The notes under the pieces are model-generated. The model saw only the letters and a list, made by a program, of their open reading frames with translations. It made no database searches and had not been told where the DNA came from. A DNA stretch of 64,000 nucleotides from Mobula hypostoma (taxonomy: Eukaryota), in the NCBI RefSeq assembly GCF_963921235.1, contig NC_086097.1, positions 246,018,001 through 246,082,000 on the forward strand, read 5' to 3'. Positions 36,124 to 49,378 of the stretch are shown here, piece after piece (within the stretch, counting starts at the first letter, position 1; every line of letters starts with the position of its first letter). The translations under genes were made by a program, and so were the position numbers.

Positions 36124-36635
36124 ATAAGACCGTAAGATATAGGAGTAGAATTAGGCCCTTGGCCCATCAGGTCTGCACCACTATTCCATCATCGCTGATA
36201 CTTTATACCTCTCAACCCATACTCCTGCTTTCTCCCCGTAACCCTTGATGCACTGACCAGCAAAGAATCTGTCAACTGTCACTTTAAATACGTATACCCA
36301 ATGACTTGGCCTCCACAGACATCCATGGCAACGAATTCCACTGATTCATCACCCTCTGGCTAAAGAAATCACACCTCATCTCTGTTCTAAATGGATATCC
36401 CCCTATTCTGAGTCTGTGCCCTCTGGTCCTAGATTCTCCCACTATAGGGACCATTTTCTCCACATTCACTATATCGAGGCCTTTCAATATTCCATTCCAA
36501 GCTCTTTCCAAGGTGCCAGTTTTTGCACTGCCGCAATATGCAAACCAGAATGACTTTGTGCACAATGTAAAGTTCAAAGTTCAAAGTAATATTCAATAGG
36601 TTTCAATGAGAAACCCACCTCGTTCTTCTAAACGC
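36124..36635 (-). mobile_element. CR1 LINE 3' fragment
   Basis: GESRTRGHRLRIGGYPFRTEMR in ORF 36284-36577; CR1 tail. Confidence 0.85.
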
Positions 36636-37540
36636 CAGCAAGCCCAACTGGAAAAATCAAAAGTTAACAAACATTTAGATGAACATTTTGAAAAGCATTG
36701 CATTCTAAATATTCTGAATTCCACAAATAAAATATCTGTAGTGATAAATTGAGCAACAAAAATCAGAGGAGATATTTTTGTTGATTTTAATGTTACCGGC
36801 TTGATTGCTTTCAAATATTCTGTCATCTCTCATACAATTGATTGGGGTCACTCTCAAGGATTCAAGATTATTTAATATCATTTCCAGTACACAAGTGTAA
36901 AGGAGAACAAAATAATTGTTATTCCAGAACTGATGCAGAACAAATCTAACACAAGACGATAAAGAACACAATAATAGTAAAAAGCACAATAAATATAAAT
37001 ACATAAGATAGCTTGTAGACATCAATTGATTGTGCATCTATAGAGTGACGCTAGGCACAGGAGTGTCTGTACACAAGGTGCCCCTGTGTCAGAAAGTGAT
37101 AACGTGGTGGTGGTGGTGGGAGTGTGGTGTGCACATTAATACTCACGTCTTTTTACAGATGCACAGTAGAGAGCATCCTAACATGTTGCATCACTGCATT
37201 GGACCGAAACTGCACTGTGGCAGACGGGAAGGCCCTACAATGGGTAGTCAAAATGACCCAGCACATCACTGGCATCAGCTTCCCCACCATCGAAGACATA
37301 TAAACAGATAGAAGCCAAAAAAAAAGGCCAGCAGTATCATGTAGGATCCCACGCTCCCTGCCCATGGATTCTTTATCCCAATCCCATCAGGGAGGAAGTT
37401 ATGTAGCATCCAGGCCAGGATCACCAGACTCAAAAACAGTTACTCTCCCCAGACAGTAAGGCTGATCATTATACCTTCAATAATCAATGGGTTTTATTAA
37501 GACCCACGCCCCCAGTTGTTCTAAGTTCTAAATTCCATCT

Positions 37541-37800
37541 TGGCTGCATGGTAGCATAGCGGACAACGCTTTACAGTACCAGCAACCCCGATTCAATTCC
37601 CGCCACTACCTGTAAGAAGTCTGCATGGGTTTCCTCCGGGTACTCCAGTGTCCTTCCACAGTCCAAAGATGTACTGGTTGGCAGGTTAATTGGGCATTGT
37701 AAGTTGTCCCGTGATTAGGACAGGGTTAAATCAGGGGACTGCTGGGCAGTGCAGATCAAAGGGCCGATTCCACACAGTATCTCAATAACTAAATAAATAA
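37541..37800 (+). mobile_element. Full-length tRNA-derived V-SINE
   Basis: A/B-box-like head, V-domain GGGTTTCCTCCGGGTACTCC...CACAGTCCAAAGA, (AAAT)n tail. Confidence 0.8.
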
Positions 37801-39845
37801 GTTTCTCCTCATATGTTAACCATCTCAATTCCAGAATCATTCTTGTGAACCTCCACTGGATCTTCTCCAATGCCATCACAGCATTTTTTAAATAAGAGCC
37901 CCAAAACTGCTCACAATACTCCAAGTGCGCTCTGACCAATGCCTTATAAAGCTTTAGCATTTCATCCTTCCTTTAAATTCTAGTCCTCTCGAAATGAATG
38001 CTAATATTGCATTTGCTTTCGTTACTATCAACTCAACCTGCAAGTTATCCTTTAGGGAATTCTGCACAAGGACTCCCACATTCCTTTCCACCTCTGGTTT
38101 CTGAACTTGCTCCCCATCTAGAAAATAGTCTACGCCTTATTTCCTTCTGTCAAAGTCCATGACCATACACTCCTTCACTGGATTGCACCGACCACTTCTT
38201 TGTCAATTCTCCTGGTCTGTCTAAGTTCTTCTGTAGACTCCCTGTTGCCTCAACACTATCTGTACCACCACCTACTGTATATTGGTAATGCCTCAGCAAT
38301 ACACACAATACTGGAGGAACTCAGCAGGCCAGACAGCATCTATGGAAAAGACTACAGTTGATGCTTTGGGCTGAAACCTTTCTGTTCTGAAATGTCGACT
38401 GTACTTTTTTCCATAGATGCTGCCTGGCCTGCTGAGTTCCTCCAGCATTTTGTGTGGCTTGCTTGGATTTGCAGTATCTGCAGAGTTTCTCTTGTTTATC
38501 TCTTGGTAACATCTGCAAACTTGTCAGATTAACTGGCCTATAATTTACTTACTTTTTCCTCCCTTCTTCCTTAAAGAATTGAATAGCATTTGCAATTTTC
38601 CAGACTTCCAGTATCATTCTAGAACCGAGTGATTCTTGAAAGATCATTACTAGTGCCTCCACAATCTTTTCAGCTGCCTCTTTCAGAACCCTGGGGTGTA
38701 GTCCATCTGGTCTAAGTACCTTCAAATCTTTCAGCTTGCCAAGGACCTTCTCCTGAGTATTAGCAACCACACTCACTTCTGCCCCCGACACTGTTGAATT
38801 TATGCCACACTGCCAGTGTCTTCCACAGTGAAGAATGACACAAAATACTTATGCAGTCTGTCTGTTATTTCTTCATCCCCTATTAATACCTCTCCAGTAT
38901 CATTTTCCAGCAGTCCAAAATCCACTCTTGCCTCTCTTTTACTCTTCATTTATCTGAAAAAAAACTTTAGGTATCCTCTTTGATATTTTTTGCCTAGTTT
39001 ACTTTCATATTTTATCTTTTTAGTTGCCTTCTGTTGTTTTTTAAAATCTTCCCAATCCTCTAACTTCCCACTAATTTTTGCAAAACTATAAGCCCTCTCT
39101 TTGGCTTTTACCTTAACACCCAATCCAGAATTGCCTTTCCCCCAGTGGGCTCAACTGCAAGCTGCTCTAAAAAGCCACCTAGTAGGCATTCTACAAGTTT
39201 TCTCTCTTGGGATCCTGCACCAACCTAAATTTCCCAATCTATCAGCATATTGAAATCCCCCATAACTATCACAACATTGCCTTTATTACATGCCTTTTCT
39301 ATTTCCCATTGAAATTTAGATCTCATATCCTGGGTACTGTTCGCAGTCCCAGATATAGCTCCAACCAGAGTCTTCTTACGCTTGCAATTTCTTAACAACC
39401 TACAAGGATTCTACATCTTCCGATCCTACGTCACCTCTTTCTAAGGTTTTGATTTCACTTTTTTACCAATAGAGACACCCCACACTCCCCGCCTACCCAT
39501 CTGCCCTAACAATACAAGGTGTGCCCTTGCATGTTAAGCTCCAAACTATGATCTTCTTTCAGCCTCGTCTCAGTAGTGTCCGCAATGGCATAACGTCCAT
39601 CATCAACTGCGCTGCAAGGTCACCTATCTTGTTCCGTATACTGCATGTGTCAATAGATAACATCTTCAGTCTTGAATTCATCACCCTTTTTGATGTTACC
39701 CCCATGTTACACTGCAATTTTCCCCCAACATCTGCCTGTCCTTCCTCACAATCTCACTACACACTGCATCGACTTGTATACCAACCACCCCATCCTCAGC
39801 CCTATCATTCCAGTTCACGTCCCCCTGCCAACTTAGTTTAAACCC
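37801..39845 (-). mobile_element. Old CR1 LINE with several internal deletions
   Basis: ORFs 37715-37960 and 38549-38791 (PDGLHPRVLKE); endonuclease-region remnants to ~39840. Confidence 0.8.
38296..38497. mobile_element. Fold-back PLE insertion
   Basis: Inverted arms meeting at hammerhead stem II; TTGGTAA near both flanks (TSD unclear). Confidence 0.8.
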
Positions 39846-39991
39846 TCTTTCTCTCTTTTGCCGTTCCCAATTCTGGCTCCCCTCTTCCCTGCTCTCTGCT
39901 CACCTGCTCATCACCACCCTCTGGTGCCCATTCTCCTTCTGCCTTTCCCATGGTCCACTCTCCTCTCCTTTTTCTTCAGCCCTTTACCTTT

Positions 39992-40860
39992 TCAAAGTTC
40001 AAAGTAAATGTATTATCAAAGTACGTATACATCACCCTGAGATTCATAAAACTACAGAAAAATAACCGCAACAAAATCAGTGGAAGATTGCCCAACTAGG
40101 GTGTTCGACCGGAGTATAGAAGTCAACAAACTATGCAAATACAAAATGAAATAAATAACAGTAATAAATAAATATCGATAACATGAGATGAACAGTCCCT
40201 GAAACTGAGTCTAAAGGTTGTGGGAACATTTCAGTGACGGGGCAAGTGAAGTTGGGTGAAGTTATCCCCTCTGGTTCAAGAGCCTGATGGTTGAGGGGTG
40301 ATAACTGTTCCTGAACCTGCTGGTGTGAGTCCTGAGGCTCCTGTACCTCCTTCCTGATGGCAGCAGCGAGAAGTGAGCATGGCCTGGTGATGGGGGTCCC
40401 TGATGATGGCTGCTGTTTTCCTGCAACAACACTTCATGTAGATGTGCTCAATGGTGGGGAGTGACTGGGCTGGATCCACGACATTTTGTGGAATTTTCTA
40501 TTCAAGGGCATTGGTGTTTCCGAATCAACCTGTAATGCAACCAGTCTACACACTCTCCACTACACACCTACAGAAGTTTGTCAAAGTTTTAGATGCTGTG
40601 CTGAATCTCTGCAAACTCCTAAGGAAGTAGAGGTGCTGTCGAGCTTTCTTCATAATTGCACTTACATGCTGGGCACAGGACAGGTCCTCCAAAATAATAG
40701 CACCGGGGAGTTTAAAGTTGCTGACCCTCTCCACTTGTGATCCTCCGATGAGGATCGGCTCATGGACCTCCAGCTTCCTCTTCCTGAAGCCAATACTCAG
40801 CTCCTTGGTCTTGCTGACACTGAGTGAGAGGTTATTGTTGTGGCATCACTCAACCAGATT
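39992..40860 (-). mobile_element. Rex1/Babar LINE 3' part
   Basis: ORF 40546-40734 KKARQHLYFLRSLQRF; (TTTGAAC) tail; splits a PLE remnant (39845-39990 / 40860-41105). Confidence 0.8.
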
Positions 40861-41649
40861 TTCACCTATCACCTCCTAGCTTCTTATTTTTCATACCCCC
40901 ACCCACCCGCCCATCTTCCCCATCACCTGCTTCACCAGTCACCTGTCAGCCTGTACTCCTTCCCCTCCCCCAACCTCTAATTCTGTCTTTCTCCTCCTTT
41001 CTGTCCAGCCCTGATAAAGAGTCTCAAACCCAAAATGTTAACTTTTATTTCCCTTCATAGACGCTGCCCGACCTGCCGAGTTCCTCTAGCATTTTTTGTG
41101 TGTGTTCACGTCAACCATAGTGTCCAATTTTATGCACCATATCCCTCTAAACCCTGACCTTCCATGTTCCTATGTAAGTGCTTCTGAAATGATACGACTG
41201 TACCTACCTCAACCATATTTAATACTTCATTCCATGTACTCGATACCCCCGGGTGAAAAAGTTGCTGCTCAAGTCTCTTTTCAATCTACCCCCTCTCACC
41301 CTAAACCTATGCCCCACTGTTTTGGACTATCCTACCCTGTTACCATACACCATCTCTTTGGCTGTCTCAATTTGAAATGTTTCTCTAAGGTCTCCCCTTC
41401 ATTCTGCTGTGTTCCAAGGAATAGAGATGTAAATATTTCATAGGAACAAGTTGTCCTGGTTGGCAGGGTGGAGATACGTCTCCACCAAAGTCATAGTCAT
41501 AGTCATACTTTACTGATCCCGAGGGAAAGTTCACTTTCCCTTCGCTAGCCTGCAGGTCACCCTTGGGCAAGGTGCAGCAGGGTGAAGCCATGAAGCCATG
41601 GGAGCAGGTGGTGGATGGTCGTACGAGCAGCTGGTGCATATCAGATATA

Positions 41650-43010
41650 TTTTCATCAACGAAAACAGGTCTCAGCACTCCACACAAGCATATTCAATTC
41701 TGATAAGCAGTATATACCACTGAATTTAAATGAGAGCACGACCCAGAAAAATTAAGACATTATCACTATTGAAGAAAAAGTTAACCAACGGAAGAGCATC
41801 ATCTTCCATGGAAGACATCCCCACGATCTGAGCAGACTAACTGTCGACAAGGAAGCATTGAAAGCCTGGCTCAGAGTTGGAGACCTCTTCCCACAAACAG
41901 AAGGGTTCCTTGTAGCATTACAGAACCAGGTGGTTAACACAAAAAATTATCAGAAATATATATTAAAACACCAACAAATTCAAGATGATAAATGTGGAAA
42001 ATGCCAAGAAAAAAAAAACTCATTACAGGATCCTGTAGCAGTTTAACTCAATCTGATTACGTACACAGGCACAATCAAGTGACAAACATCACTCACCAAA
42101 ATCTTGCTTTAAAATACAAACTCATAAATGAAATCACATCTTACTATAAGTACAAGCCTGATCTAGTTTTAGAGTCAGAGTCTCACAAATTATATTTCAA
42201 CTGATCAGTTAGAAAATAGGACAAATCCATAATAACTGTCCAGTTATAATAATACAGGATAAACAAGCAGGAACAACTATTTAATAGGTATAGCCATTTC
42301 AAATATACACAACTTACAGAAATCAATGTCAAAAATATCAGAAATACACTGGATTAAAAAAAGGAAATTGAAAGACTTTGGAACATGGTAGAGGTGTATA
42401 AGATGACGAGAGGCATTGATCGTGTGGATAGTCAGAGGCTTTTTCCCAGGGTGGAAATGGCTAGCACGAGAGGGCACAGATTTAAGGTGCTTGGATGTAG
42501 GTACAGAGGAGATGTCAGGGGTAGGTTTTTTTTACGCAGAGAGTGGTAAGTGCATGGAATGGGCTGCCAGCGACTGTGGTGGAGGCGGATACAATAGGGT
42601 CTTTTAAGAGGCTCCAGGACAGGTATATGGAGCTCAGAAAAATAGAGAGCTATGGGTAACCCTAGGCAATTTCTTGGGTAAGGACATGTTTGGCACAGCT
42701 TTGTGAGCTGAAGGGCCTGTATTGTGCTGTAGATTTTCTAAGTTTCTATGTTTCTATGAACAAGGTATACATTATCCCGATAGTAACATCTAGAACTGTA
42801 TCATCCCAAAGTCACTACACAATGGCAGTAAACAATTAGGGATACACAGAAATATTTATGTAAATCTCCAGAAAGCCACAATACTAAACACCGCTAGAAT
42901 AGTCTGAAAATCCATAGCAATTGAGAAATGAGTGTGTTTTGTCTATGCCCATACCTCGGTTTTACCAGTTTGAGCTGAAAAAAATATACAATAATAATTA
43001 ATAAATAAGC
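41650..43010 (+). mobile_element. R4/Dong-like non-LTR retrotransposon C-terminal remnant (CCHC plus restriction-like endonuclease), interrupted by CR1 at ~42385-42757
   Basis: AWLRVGDLFPQTEGFLVALQNQVVNTKNYQKYI...DKCGKC...ITGSC...YVHRHNQV...YYKYKPDLVLE; ends in an (AAT)-rich tract. Confidence 0.8.
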
Positions 43011-43144
43011 AATAAATATTGAGAACATGAGATGATGAGTCCTTGAAAGTGAGTCACTTCGGGCAGATGGGACTTGTCAGCCGTGGTTGGCGGCTCATCG
43101 AGGAGGAGGAAAACTCTGATCTCAGACCTCTGGTGCCTTGTTTC

Positions 43145-43420
43145 TGTTTTATTTATTTATTGAGATGGTGCACAAACAAGCCCTTCCAGCCTCATGCGCC
43201 ATGTTACCCAGCAATCCCCCGACTTAATCCTAGCCTCATCACAGGACAATTTACAATGACCAATTAACCTACCAATTGGTATGTCTTCGGAATGTGGGAG
43301 GAAACCAGAGCACTCAGAGGAAACCCACGCGGTCCTGGGGAGGGACAGACAAACTCCTTACAGACAGGAATTGAACCCCAGCCGCTGGGACTGTCAGCGT
43401 TGTGCTAACCACTACACTAT
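43145..43420 (-). mobile_element. V-SINE inserted into an unclassified (RTE-like) repeat at 43055-43720
   Basis: Reverse-complement homologue of 37541-37800. Confidence 0.75.
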
Positions 43421-44018
43421 TATTCTTCCCATTCATTGAAAAGGCCTTGGGAGTGAACCCTGAGGAAAAACCCAGAGCTGAAGTCCGTAAGGCTGTCCTA
43501 TGCTGAGTTCAACGCTGACTGACAACTCCTGAGATGCTGCTGGTGCCAAACTGTATCGGTCTCTGCCATTCCTTTGCGTTCATCAAATGCATGGGGGGGG
43601 GGGCCTGCTGCAAAGGCAACAGCTTGCTCTCCACATCGTACTACCCGGGCTTGGGCACTGGTTTACATGTCATGTAGACAGCTAGGACGCAATACCCATG
43701 GTTGACCCCGATCGGTGGAGGGGCTCGGTGGAGATGATGCTCACCATCCAGGACCGTCACCCTCGGGGCATGAGGTCTTGTTATTGCTCCATCAGGGAGG
43801 AGGCACAGGAGCCTGAAGGCACACACTCAGTGTTTCAGGAACAGCTTCTTCCCCTCCACCATCAGATTTCTGAAAGGACCATGAGCCCATGAACACTACC
43901 CCACTACCTTGTTCTCTTTTTGCACTACTTTTTTTTTATACTGTACTTCTTATCGCAACTTATAGTTGCATTTTTTATGTTGTGTATGTACTGCTGCTGC
44001 AAAAACAACCAACTTTCA

Positions 44019-44241
44019 CAAACAGGAGAAAATCTGCCAAGGCTGGAAATCCAAAGCCACACACACTGAGATGCTGGAGGAACTCAGCAGGTCAAGCAGC
44101 ATCTATGGAAAAGAGCAAGAAGTCGACATTTTGGGCCAAGATACTTCTCGTCTCGGCCAGAAATGTCGACTGTTTACTCTTTTCCATGGATGCTACCTGA
44201 CCTGTTGAGTTCCTCCAGTATTTTGTTTGTGCTGTTTTGAA
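44019..44241. mobile_element. Fold-back PLE insertion with 9-bp TSD
   Basis: CAACTTTCA at 44010-44018 and 44242-44250; sits in a Rex 3' UTR (43735-44290). Confidence 0.85.
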
Positions 44242-45039
44242 CAACTTTCATGGCAAACAGTATGTCAGTGATTAAAAATCTGATTCAGAGTCCAATTACA
44301 GCTTATCTTCCAAATTAGTCTATACTACCGAAACTCTTAAATAGCACCGTGCAAAATCAAAAGTTACCATTTCATTAGCAAATGCTTTTAAGGCGAGGCT
44401 GAGTTCAAAACGTGATAATTTAAAGTGCTTTAAATTTAAGAGTCAATGTCCCTGCATAAGTGAGTCATTTGAGAAAATGATATGTCCAAACTAATCTCCT
44501 GGTTTCTTCTTATCTCTTCTAAAGCTTTTCATTCCTCCCATTCTCACTTTCCATAGCCTGCAAAAACTGATACATAGTCAGTGAAGCCAATAGCACAAAC
44601 TGAAAGTACCACAAGCTCCTGGGAAGGCCTATCACTCCCTCTGTTGGAACTTTCAACCTGCTGAATGCTTTGTGCCAAACTATACACTGTGTACTGTATA
44701 TTGAAATGCAAAACCGTGACAGTTTCCTGGTGTTAAGATAAGTAAACACACTTTAATGAAAGAGCAAACGCTGATTTATTCTGTCTCATTATACTAATAT
44801 AAACTATTTGGATTTCTCCAGCACTGCATTCTGGGTATGTGCTTTACCACAGTATGCAACATTACACTGTTTTGTTATTCTGAACAATGTCTTTCTGTAA
44901 GCAGTAGGGATTCTGCAGATGCTGGAAATCCAGAGTAACACACACACACACACACATAAAATGCTGATGGAACTTAGTAGGTTAGGCAGCATCTGTGGAG
45001 AGGAATAAACAGTTAAAGTTTTGGGAAGACCCCCAAGAA

Positions 45040-45527
45040 GACCACAGCCTTGCCGTAGTTTGGTGCTTGCTAGACAGCGATGTTGGTTGGAGTCAGGGCT
45101 TTAAGTTTTGGCTCTTGGTAGGGTCACCCATGCCACTGGAGTGCCACGTGGGTGGCCATGAGTATGGATATGTACAGACTATAAGGAGAAAGTATGTAAA
45201 GGATGGAAAGTTATTGAATAGTTTATTGCATATAGTTTATTTTTGAATAAAGTATATTTTGAAATTTAAAAAAAACAGATCAAAGGGTAGTCAACAAAGG
45301 CTAACAACTCTGACTGATAAAATATAATTGTTATGGAAACAGCAATGAAGAATCTTTCTACATCTGAGTGCGATGGTATTCCTGAGTCTCCACCCGGAAC
45401 TTGCACGATTAACAGTAGTGAAAACAGAGCTACTGTCACGATGAAGGAAGCCCTGAACAATGCCAGAGATGGAGGACCTTCATTGCTGCCCTAAACGACA
45501 GCGGCGCAACGGACAGTAAGTAGGTTA
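45040..45527 (+). mobile_element. Bipartite non-autonomous RTE derivative with an inserted L1/Tx1-like 3' end (~45137-45277)
   Basis: Starts GACCACAGCCTTG...GGTAGGGTCACCCATG and ends GATGGAGGACCTTCATTGCTGCCCTAAACG...AGTAAGTAGG; insert ends GAATAAAGTATATTTTGAAATTTAAAAAAAA; homologue at 59425-59650. Confidence 0.6.
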
Positions 45528-45879
45528 GGTTTTGGCCCAAGACCCTTCATCAGAAATTTCTATTTTGTTCTTTTGTTGTCAGATGATACTTAGCTTTATA
45601 ATTTCATAATCAGCTTGAGATTCAGATTTATCACGTGTACCTGGAAATATACAGTGAAATGCATCGCTTGCATTCACGGCCCCACTCTTAATTTCATCCT
45701 TTGTTCTCCTCACCTTCCCATCATATTAGTGCAGCAGTTAGTAAACGTGTTGGCTCTGCAGGTGGAGGTATAGACTGTGGTCTTCCACCTTGTGCAGCTT
45801 CTTTACTCCAGTTTGAATCAAGCCTCACAGATTCCACCTCTACTTTCTGAGGTGTTACTGGACCTGTTCGGGACCCGGC

Positions 45880-46535
45880 ACGTAAATGCAATTGTGAAGA
45901 AAGCATGGTAGAGCCTCTACTTCCTTAGAAGTCTGCAGAGATTTGGCACGACATCAAAAACTCTGACAAACTTCTACAGATGTGTGGTGGAGAGTATATT
46001 GACTGGCCATATCATGGCCTGGTATGGAAACACCAATGCCTTTGAATGGAAAATCCCACAAAAAGTGGTGAATTCGGCCTAGCACATCACAGGTAAAGCC
46101 CTCCTGAGTACACCTACATGAGACACTGTCGTAGGAAAGCAGCATCCATCGTTTGAGATATTCACCACTCAGGCCACGCTCTTTTCTCGCTGCTGCTATC
46201 ATTTAGAAGGTACAAGAGCCTCAGAACTTGCACTACCAGGTTCAGGAACAGTTACTACCCCTCGACCATCGGCCCTCTTGCACAAAAGGGGATGACTACA
46301 CTCATTTGCCCATCCATTGAGATGTTCCCACAACCAATGATCTAATTTTAAGAACTCTTTATCCTGTTATTTCATGTTCTCATTATGGAGACATCCTGAC
46401 TGGTTACATCATGGCCTAGTATGGAAACACCAATCTCCAAGAACGGGAAGGCCTACAATAAGTGATGGATACGTCCCAGTCCACCACAGGTAAAAGCCTC
46501 CCCACCTCTGAGCACGTCTGCAAAGTACACTGCCA
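45880..46535 (+). mobile_element. Rex1/Babar fragments
   Basis: LYFLRSLQRFG...TNFYRCVVESILTG remnants, partly repeated. Confidence 0.75.
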
Positions 46536-48119
46536 CAAGAAAGACCTTGTTCTTGTTACAAGAATCCCTGGTTGTAATAATGATCGAGGAGGTACTGAGA
46601 GAGTCTGTAACACTGATAATATTGCCTCAACAGAAGAACACGTGAACTTACACAACCAAGTAACTGTGTGCACGCCTGCCACGTGTCTCTGACCTTCCAT
46701 GAACAGTCAAAGAATAGAAAATATAATACCAGTCAAAAAGGAGTTTCTGGTGCTGGCCACATGTTCCTCGTAGTTCTGTTTCGTATCTCCATGTGTCTGT
46801 GGGGCTCCTCACATCTGTGATAGCTGGTCTCCTACAGAGTTACCGCCACCAGCACACCTGAAGCCTTGCTTTTATATTCATTTCTTACCAATTCAAATAT
46901 TGCATTCCAGTGTCATTGACTGCAGGTCACGTGTCTGGCCTTTAACACCTTTCCATTGGCTCTGCCCCAGGCCAGCATCCATTTACTGCCCTCTCCCCAG
47001 CAAGTGACAATGGGTAATTTATGGCTTTTTGTTCTCAGTCAGAAACCAGCTTGAATCACACAGACCGGACACTGACCAACATTCACAAACCTTCATGTTA
47101 CATCCAACAAATAGCTTCTTACTTGGAAATGATCCCCAGTTCAGCAGATTATCTGAGACATTATTATGTTTACTTTGAAACACTGATCAAGTCAAGTGAC
47201 TAATTCACAAAATGGAGAACAGTCTCTTCATAAATTGGAAGCTTCCATCTCCTCTCTCATGGCAAGAACAATGGCAGTTGGTCTGTCTGCTCCCATTGTC
47301 CTGGATTCATTCAAATGCACTGATTTGCAAACTGTAGTTCCTTCTGCTGCCGCCATTGGGAAGGAAGTACAGGAGCCTTGGGTTCCCAGTCAAAGTTCAA
47401 AGTAAATTTATTACCAAAGTACATACATGTCACCATATACAACCTTGAGATTTATTTTCTTACGGGAATACTCAGTAGATCTATAGTATAATAACCATAA
47501 CAGAATCAATGAAAGACCGCCCAACTTGGGCGCTCAGAGTGCAGAAGACAACACACTGTGCAAATGCAAAAATAAGTAAATAATAACAATTAATAAATAA
47601 ATAAGCAATAAACATCAATACATGAGATGAGGAGTCATTGAAGGTCAGTCCATTGGTGTGGGAACATTTCAATGATAGGGCAAGTGAAGTTGAGTGATGT
47701 TATCCCCTTTGGTTCAAGAGTCGGATGATTGAGGGGTAAGAACTGTTCCTGAAGCTGGTGTTGTGAGTCCTGAGGCTCCTGTACCTTCTTACTGTCAGGA
47801 ACAGTTATTACCCTTCAACCGTCAGACCCCTGAGCCGGTGTGGATAACTTCACTCATCTCAACTCTGAACTGATTCCACAACCTATCGACTCACTTTTGA
47901 GGCCTCTACAACTCAGGTCCTGAGTAGTATTTATCTATTTATTTATTAATTGTATTTGCACAGATTGTTTTCTCTTGCACTTCGGTTATTTATGTGTAAA
48001 TTTTCATTGATTCTATTGTACTTCTTTGCTCTACTATGAATGCCTGCAAGAATGCCTACCGAATTGTAGGAAAGATGTCAACAAAATAGAGAGAGTACAG
48101 AGAAGATTTGCTAGAATCT

Positions 48120-49378
48120 GTAAATTTCTGTAAAAACAGAAATACTGTATATTAAAAAAAAGTGAGGTAGTGTCCAAAGATTCAATGTCCATTTAGGAAT
48201 CGGATGGCAGAGGGGAAGAAGCCGTTCCTGAATCGCTGAGTGTGTGCCTTCAGGCTTCTGTACCTCCTACCTGATGGTAACAGTGAGAAAAGGGCATGCC
48301 CTGGGTGCTGGGGGTCCTTAATAATGGATGCTGCCTTTCTGAGACACCGCTCCCTGAAGACGTCCTGGGTACTTTGTAGGCTAGTACCCAAGATAGAGCT
48401 GACTAGATTTACAACCTTCTGCAGCTTCTTTTGGTTCTGTGCAGTAGCCCCTCCATACCAGACAGTGCTGTAGCCTGTCAGAATGCTCTCCATGGCACAA
48501 CTATAGAAGTTTTGAGTGTATTTGTTTACATGCCAAATCTCTTCAAATTCCTAATAAAGTATAGCTGCTGTCTTGACTTTTTTATAACTGCATCGATATG
48601 TTGGGACTAGGTTAGACCCTCAGAGATCTTGACACCCAGGAATGAAACTGCTCACTCCCTCCACTTCTGATCCCTCTATGAGGATTGGTATGTGTTCCCT
48701 CATCTTACCCTTCCTGAAGGCCACAATCAGCTCTTTCAACTTACTGACGTTGAGTGCCAGGTTGTTGCTGTGACACCATTCCACTACTTGGCATATCTCA
48801 CTCCTGTTCGCCCTCTCGTCACCACCTGAGATTCTACCAGCAATGGTTGTATCGTCAGCAAATTTATAGATGGTATTCAAGCTATGCCTAGCCACACAGT
48901 CATGTGTATATAGGGAGTAGAGCAGTGGGCTAAGCACACATCCCTGAGGTGCGCCAGTGTTGATCGCCAGCGAGGAGGAGATGTTATCACCAATCCACAC
49001 AAATTGAGATCTTCCGGTTAGAGAGTCGAGGATCCAATTGCAGAGGGAGGTACAGAGGCCCAGGTTCTGCAACTTCTCAATCAGGATTGTGGGAATGATG
49101 GTATTAAATGCTGAGCTATCGTCGATGAACAGCATCCTGACATAGGTGTTTGTGCTGTCCAGGTGGTCTAAAGCTGTGTGGAGAGTCGTTGACATTGCGT
49201 CTGCCATTGACCTATTGTGGCGATAGGCAAATTGCAATAGGTCTGGGTCCTTGCTGAGGCAGGAGTTCAGTCCAGTCATGACCAACCTCTCAAAGCATTT
49301 CATCACGGTTTATGTGAGTACTACCAGGTGGTAGTCATTAAGGCAGCCCACATTATTCTTCTTGAGCACTGGTATAAT
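48120..49378 (-). mobile_element. Rex1/Babar LINE, RT domain to 3' UTR
   Basis: ORF 48620-49306 [50 protein letters not shown] 48182-48493 C-terminus. Confidence 0.92.

Noticed and set aside
46554..47008. Possible second solo LTR (TGTTAC...GTGACA, minus-strand TATA-like TATAAAA)
   Set aside because: No target-site duplication and no second copy in the window; not supportable.
47266..47300. Inverted ACAATG/CATTGT pair as a dimeric SOX site
   Set aside because: Spacing of about 20 nt is far longer than typical paired sites; likely chance.
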